Source: Eledone cirrhosa
Taxonomy: Eukaryota
Direction of reading: 5' to 3'
NCBI GenBank assembly: GCA_964016885.1
Contig: OZ024752.1
Span: forward strand, 27,280,001-27,344,000
DNA: 64,000 nt
How positions within the stretch are numbered: position 1 is the first letter of the stretch; each line of letters starts with the position of its first letter. The notes beneath the pieces are model-generated. The model saw nothing but the letters and a program-made list of their open reading frames with translations, had not been told where the DNA came from and did not search any database. Of this stretch, positions 58,505-64,000 are shown one piece after another. The position numbers and the translations under genes were made by a program.

Positions 58505-61500
58505 TAGTACCAACTTCGTCTATCAACATACAAACTGTGGAACTAGTACCAACTTCGTGTATCAACACACAAACTGTGGAACTAGTACCAACTTCGACTA
58601 TCAACACACAAACTGTGGATCTAGTACCAACGTCGTCTATCAACACACAAACTGTGGAACTAGTACCAACTTCTTTATCAACACACAAACTGTGGAACTA
58701 GTACCAACTACAGCTATCAACACACAATCTCTGGAACTAGTACCAGCTTCGTCTATCAACACACAAACTGTGGAACTAGTACCAACTTCGGCTATCAACA
58801 CACAAAATGTGGAACTAGTACCAACTTCGGCTATCAACACACAAACTGTGGAACTAGTACAGACTTCGTCTATCAACACACAAACTGTGGAACTAGTACC
58901 GACTTCGGCTATCAACACACAAACTGTGGAACTAGTACCGACTTCGACTATCAACACACAAACTGTGGAACTAGTACCAACTTCTTCTATCAACACACAC
59001 ACTGTGGAACTAGTACCAACTTCGACTATCAACACACAAGCTGAGGAACTAGTACCAACTTCGGCTATCAACACACAATCTCTGGAACTAGTACCAGCTT
59101 CGTCTATCAACACACAAACCGTGGAACTCGTACACACTTCGTGTATCAACACACAAACTGTGGAACTAGTACCAACTTCGGCTATCAACACACAAACTGT
59201 GGAACTAGTACCAACTTCGGCTATCAACACACAAACTGTGGAACTAGTACCTACTTCGGCTATCAACACACAAACTGTGGAACTAGTACCAAATTCAGCT
59301 ATCAACACACAAACTGTGGAACTAGTACAAACTTCGGCTGTCAACACACAAATTGTAGAACTAGTACCAACTTCGTGTATCAACACAGAAACTGTGGAAC
59401 TAGTACCAACTTCGTCTATCAACACACAAACTGTGGAACTAGTACCAACTTCGTCTATCAACACACAAACTGTGGAACTAGTACCAACTTCTTCTATCAA
59501 CACACAAATTGTGGAACTAGTACCAACTTCGTGTATCAACACAGAAACTGTGGAACTAGTACCAACTTCGTCTATCAAAACACAAACTGCGGAACTAGTA
59601 CCAACTTCGTCTATCAACACACAAACTGTGGAACTAGTACCAACTTCGGCTATCAACACACAAACTGTGGAACTAGTACAGACTTCGTCTATCAACACAC
59701 AAACTGTGGAACTAGTACCGACTTCGGCTATCAACACACAAACTGTGGTACTAGTACCAACTTCGACTATCAACACACAAACTGTGGAACTAGTACCAAC
59801 TTCTTCTATCAACACACAAACTGTGGAACTAGTACCAACTTCGACTATCAACACACAAACTGTGGAACTAGTACCAACTTCGACTATCAACACACAAACT
59901 GTGGAATTAGTACCAACTTCGGCTATCAACACACAAACTGTGGAACTAGTACCAACTTCGTCTATCAACACACAAACTGTGCAACTAGTACCAACTTCTT
60001 CTATCAACACACAAACTGTGCAACTTGTATCAACTTCGGCTCTCAACACACTAACTGTGGAACTAGTACCAACTTCTTCTATCAACACACAAACTGTGCA
60101 ACTAGTACCAACTTCGGCTATCAACACACAAATTGTGGACCTAGTACCAACTTCGTCTATCAACACACAAACTGTGGAACTAGTACCAACTTCGACTATC
60201 AACACACAAATTGTGGAACTAGTACCGACTTCGGCTATCAACACACAAACTGTGGAACTAGTACCAACTTCTTCTATCAACACACAAACTGTGCAACTAG
60301 TACCAACTTCGGCTATCAACACACAAACTGAGGAACTAGTACCAACTACAGCTATCAACACACAATCTCTGGAACTAGTACCAGCTTCGTCTATCAACAC
60401 ACATACCGTGGAACTAGTACACACTTCGTGTATCAACACACAAACTGTGGAACTAGTACCAACTTCGGCTATCAACACACAAACTGTGGAACTAGTACCA
60501 ACTTCGGCTATCAACACACAAACTGTGGAACTAGTACCAACTTCGGCTATCAACACACGAACTGTGGACCTAGTGCCAACTTCGTCTATCAACACACAAA
60601 CTGTGGAACTAGTACCAACTTCGTCTATCAACACACAAACTGTTGAACTAGTACCAACTTCGTCTATCAACACACAAATTGTGGAACTAGTACCAACTTC
60701 GGCTATCAACACAGAAACTGTGGAACTAGTACCAACTTCGTCTATCAACACACAAACTGTGGAACTAGTACCAACTTCGTCTATCAACATACAAACTGTG
60801 GAACTAGTACCAACTTCGTGTATCAACACACAAACTGTGGAACTAGTACCAACTTCGTCTATCAACACACGAACTGTGGAACTAGTACCGACTTCGTCTA
60901 TCAACACACAAACTGTGGAACTAGTACCAACTTCTTCTATCAACACACAAACTGTGGAACTAGTACCTACTTCGACTATCAACACACAAACTGTGGAACT
61001 AGTACCAACTTCGACTATCAACACACAAACTGTGGATCTAGTACCAACTTCGTCTATCAACACACAAACTGTGGAACTAGTACCAGCTTCTTTATCAACA
61101 CACAAACTTTGTAACTAGTACCAACTTCGGCTATCAACACACAAACTGTGGAACTAGTACCAACTACAGCTATCAACACACAATCTCTGGAACTAGTACC
61201 AGCTTCGTCCATCAACACACAAACTGTGGAACTAGTACAAACTTCGTGTATCAACACACAAACTGTGGAACTAGTACCAACTTCGGCTATCAACACACAA
61301 AATGTGGAACTAGTACCAACTTCGGCTATCAACACACAAACTGTGGAACTAGTACAGACTTCGTCTATCAACACACAAACTGTGGAACTAGTACCGACTT
61401 CGGCTATCAACACACAAATTCTGGAACTAGTCCCGACTTCGACTATCAACACACAAACTGTGGAACTAGTACCAACTTCTTCTATCAACACACACACTGT

Positions 61501-64000
61501 GGAACTAGTACCAACTTCGACTATCAACACACAAACTGAGGAACTAGTACCAACTTCGGCTATCAACACACAATCTCTGGAACTAGTACCAGCTTCGTCT
61601 ATCAACACACAAACCGTGGAACTCGTACACACTTCGTGTATCAACACACATACTGTGGAACTAGTACCAACTTCGGCTATCAACACACAAACTGTGGAAC
61701 TAGTACCAACTTCGGCTATCAACACACGAACTGTGGACCTAGTGCCAACTTCGTCTATCAACACACAAACTGTGGAACTAGTACCAAATTCGGCTATCAA
61801 CACACAAACTGTGGAACTAGTACAAACTTCGGCTGTCAACACACAAATTGTAGAACTAGTACCAACTTCGTGTATCAACACAGAAACTGTGGAACTAGTA
61901 CCAACTTCGTCTATCAACACACAAACCGTGGAACTAGTACCAACTTCGTCTATCAACACACAAACTGTGGAACTAGTACCAACTTCTTCTATCAACACAC
62001 AAATTGTGGAACTAGTACCAACTTCGTGTATTAACACAGAAACTGTGGAACTAGTGCCAACTTCGTCTATCAACACACATACTGTGGAACTAGTACCGAC
62101 TTCGGCTATCAACACACAAACTGTGGAACTAGTACCAACTTCTTCTATCAATACACAAACTGTGGAACTAGTACCAACTTCGACTATCAACACACAAACT
62201 GTGGAACTAGTACCAACTTCGACTAGCAACACACAAACTGTGGAACTAGTACCAACTTCGTCTATCAACACACAAACTGTGGAACTAGTACCAACTTCGT
62301 CTATCAACACACAAACTGTGCAACTAGTACCAACTTCTTCTATCAACACACAAACTGTGCAACTTGTATCAACTTCGGCTCTCAACACACTAACTGTGGA
62401 ATTAGTACCAACTTCTTCTATCAACACACAAACTGTGGAACTAGTACCAACTTCGTCTATCAACACACAAACTGTGGAACTAGTACCAACTTCTTCTATC
62501 AACACACAAATTGTGGAACTAGTACCAACTTCGTCTATCAACATACAAACTGTGGAACTAGTACCAACTTCGTGTATCAACACACAAACTGTGGAACTAG
62601 TACCAACTTCGACTATCAACACACAAACTGTGGATCTAGTACCAACGTCGTCTATCAACACACAAACTGTGGAACTAGTACCAACTTCTTTATCAACACA
62701 CAAACTGTGGAACTAGTACCAACTACAGCTATCAACACACAATCTCTGGAACTAGTACCAGCTTCGTCTATCAACACACAAACTGTGGAACTAGTACCAA
62801 CTTCGGCTATCAACACACAAAATGTGGAACTAGTACCAACTTCGGCTATCAACACACAAACTGTGGAACTAGTACAGACTTCGTCTATCAACACACAAAC
62901 TGTGGAACTAGTACCGACTTCGGCTATCAACACACAAACTGTGGAACTAGTACCGACTTCGACTATCAACACACAAACTGTGGAACTAGTACCAACTTCT
63001 TCTATCAACACACACACTGTGGAACTAGTACCAACTTCGACTATCAACACACAAGCTGAGGAACTAGTACCAACTTCGGCTATCAACACACAATCTCTGG
63101 AACTAGTACCAGCTTCGTCTATCAACACACAAACCGTGGAACTCGTACACACTTCGTGTATCAACACACAAACTGTGGAACTAGTACCAACTTCGGCTAT
63201 CAACACACAAACTGTGGAACTAGTACCAACTTCGGCTATCAACACACAAACTGTGGAACTAGTACCTACTTCGGCTATCAACACACAAACTGTGGAACTA
63301 GTACCAAATTCAGCTATCAACACACAAACTGTGGAACTAGTACAAACTTCGGCTGTCAACACACAAATTGTAGAACTAGTACCAACTTCGTGTATCAACA
63401 CAGAAACTGTGGAACTAGTACCAACTTCGTCTATCAACACACAAACTGTGGAACTAGTACCAACTTCGTCTATCAACACACAAACTGTGGAACTAGTACC
63501 AACTTCTTCTATCAACACACAAATTGTGGAACTAGTACCAACTTCGTGTATCAACACAGAAACTGTGGAACTAGTACCAACTTCGTCTATCAAAACACAA
63601 ACTGCGGAACTAGTACCAACTTCGTCTATCAACACACAAACTGTGGAACTAGTACCAACTTCGGCTATCAACACACAAACTGTGGAACTAGTACAGACTT
63701 CGTCTATCAACACACAAACTGTGGAACTAGTACCGACTTCGGCTATCAACACACAAACTGTGGTACTAGTACCAACTTCGACTATCAACACACAAACTGT
63801 GGAACTAGTACCAACTTCTTCTATCAACACACAAACTGTGGAACTAGTACCAACTTCGACTATCAACACACAAACTGTGGAACTAGTACCAACTTCGACT
63901 ATCAACACACAAACTGTGGAATTAGTACCAACTTCGGCTATCAACACACAAACTGTGGAACTAGTACCAACTTCGTCTATCAACACACAAACTGTGCAAC
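58505..64000 (+). repeat. Duplication at offset 4,015 bp (~58,505-59,985 and ~62,520-64,000); second copy cut by the window edge
   Basis: Shared rare variants: AACGTCGTCT (~58629/62644), AATTCAGCT (~59292/63307), ACTGCGG (~59585/63600), TGGTACTAGTACCA (59746/63761), GGAATTAG (~59903/63918). ORF boundaries 58640/62655. Confidence 0.92.

Larger units (their letters stand above)
1..64000 (+). repeat. 39-bp tandem satellite/minisatellite array, about 1,640 monomers in one orientation, running off both window edges
   Basis: Seen directly: every line is a variant of ACTGTGGAACTAGTACCAACTTCGTCTATCAACACACAA. The ORF track shows 13-aa periodicity in three frames (TVELVPTSSINTQ and HTNCGTSTNFVYQ on +, TVCVLIDEVGTSS on -). 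Monomers usually differ from consensus by 0-4 substitutions. Confidence 0.99.
22960..64000 (+). repeat. Right sub-array (variant domain R) built from HOR subtypes A and B
   Basis: Markers: GTGGATCTAG shortly before the 38-bp monomer, CTTGTATCAACTTCGGCTCTCAACACACTA, ACACATACCGTG, CAAGCTGAGG (A) and TCGTCCATC (B). I did not see these left of ~22.9 kb. Confidence 0.8.

Noticed and set aside
551-62034. Cys/His-containing (YQHTNCGTSTNF)n ORFs as metal-binding or beta-solenoid repeat proteins
   Set aside because: Alternative frame of the same monomer, often broken by the common ACTGAG (TGA) and ATTAAC (TAA) variants. No sign of frame-specific constraint.
24-62716. Long + strand mucin-like ORFs (TVELVPTSSINTQ)n, up to 1393 aa, as real CDS
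   Set aside because: Expected from a stop-free 39-bp monomer. Starts are mostly non-ATG, there is no non-repeat domain, about 50 frameshifts interrupt the frame, and two overlapping frames are similarly open. Kept only as a low-probability hypothesis under findings.
712-63986. Minus-strand ORFs (TVCVLIDEVGTSS)n, up to 1419 aa
   Set aside because: Antisense shadow of the same repeat. Their ends nearly always coincide with monomer indels and no domain is recognisable.
1-64000. CRISPR array (39-bp partly palindromic repeat)
   Set aside because: Repeats are contiguous with no unique spacers, leader or cas genes.
1-64000. CENP-B box suggested by CTTCG in most monomers
   Set aside because: Only the TTCG part of NTTCGNNNNANNCGGGN is present. 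The conserved A and the CGGG are absent on both strands.
1-64000. GAACTAGTAC resembling a p53 half-site (RRRCWWGYYY) or part of the E. coli trp operator
   Set aside because: A short chance-level match. Half-sites are 29 bp apart rather than adjacent, and no context supports either.
1-64000. 4 x 39 = 156 bp matching nucleosome-sized centromeric monomers
   Set aside because: I saw no 4-monomer periodicity in variant order, so this is a numerical coincidence without MNase or CENH3 data.
1-64000. Pure sequencing or assembly artefact (concatemer)
   Set aside because: Nested, haplotype-consistent variants and domain-specific markers indicate real evolutionary history, although individual duplications still need read support.

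Overview
The whole 64 kb window is one head-to-tail tandem array of a 39-bp monomer, consensus ACTGTGGAACTAGTACCAACTTCGTCTATCAACACACAA (about 1,640 copies, 41% GC, 64% A+C on the + strand). I saw no unique sequence, inversion, transposon insertion, RNA gene or CRISPR spacer. The long ORFs are best explained as by-products of a 3n-length monomer with three stop-free frames, and about 50 frameshifting indels break them. The structure worth attention is inside the array: ordered monomer variants forming an irregular higher-order repeat (HOR), a 38-bp marker monomer recurring 31 times (usually followed by a TAA variant from 17.4 kb on), two HOR subtypes, left and right sequence domains, and recent 1.1-5.6 kb duplications. 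It looks like eukaryotic satellite DNA, but I cannot identify the organism, family or function. I found no support for a new protein-coding system. Counts and most coordinates were read by eye or derived from ORF-track offsets and are approximate.
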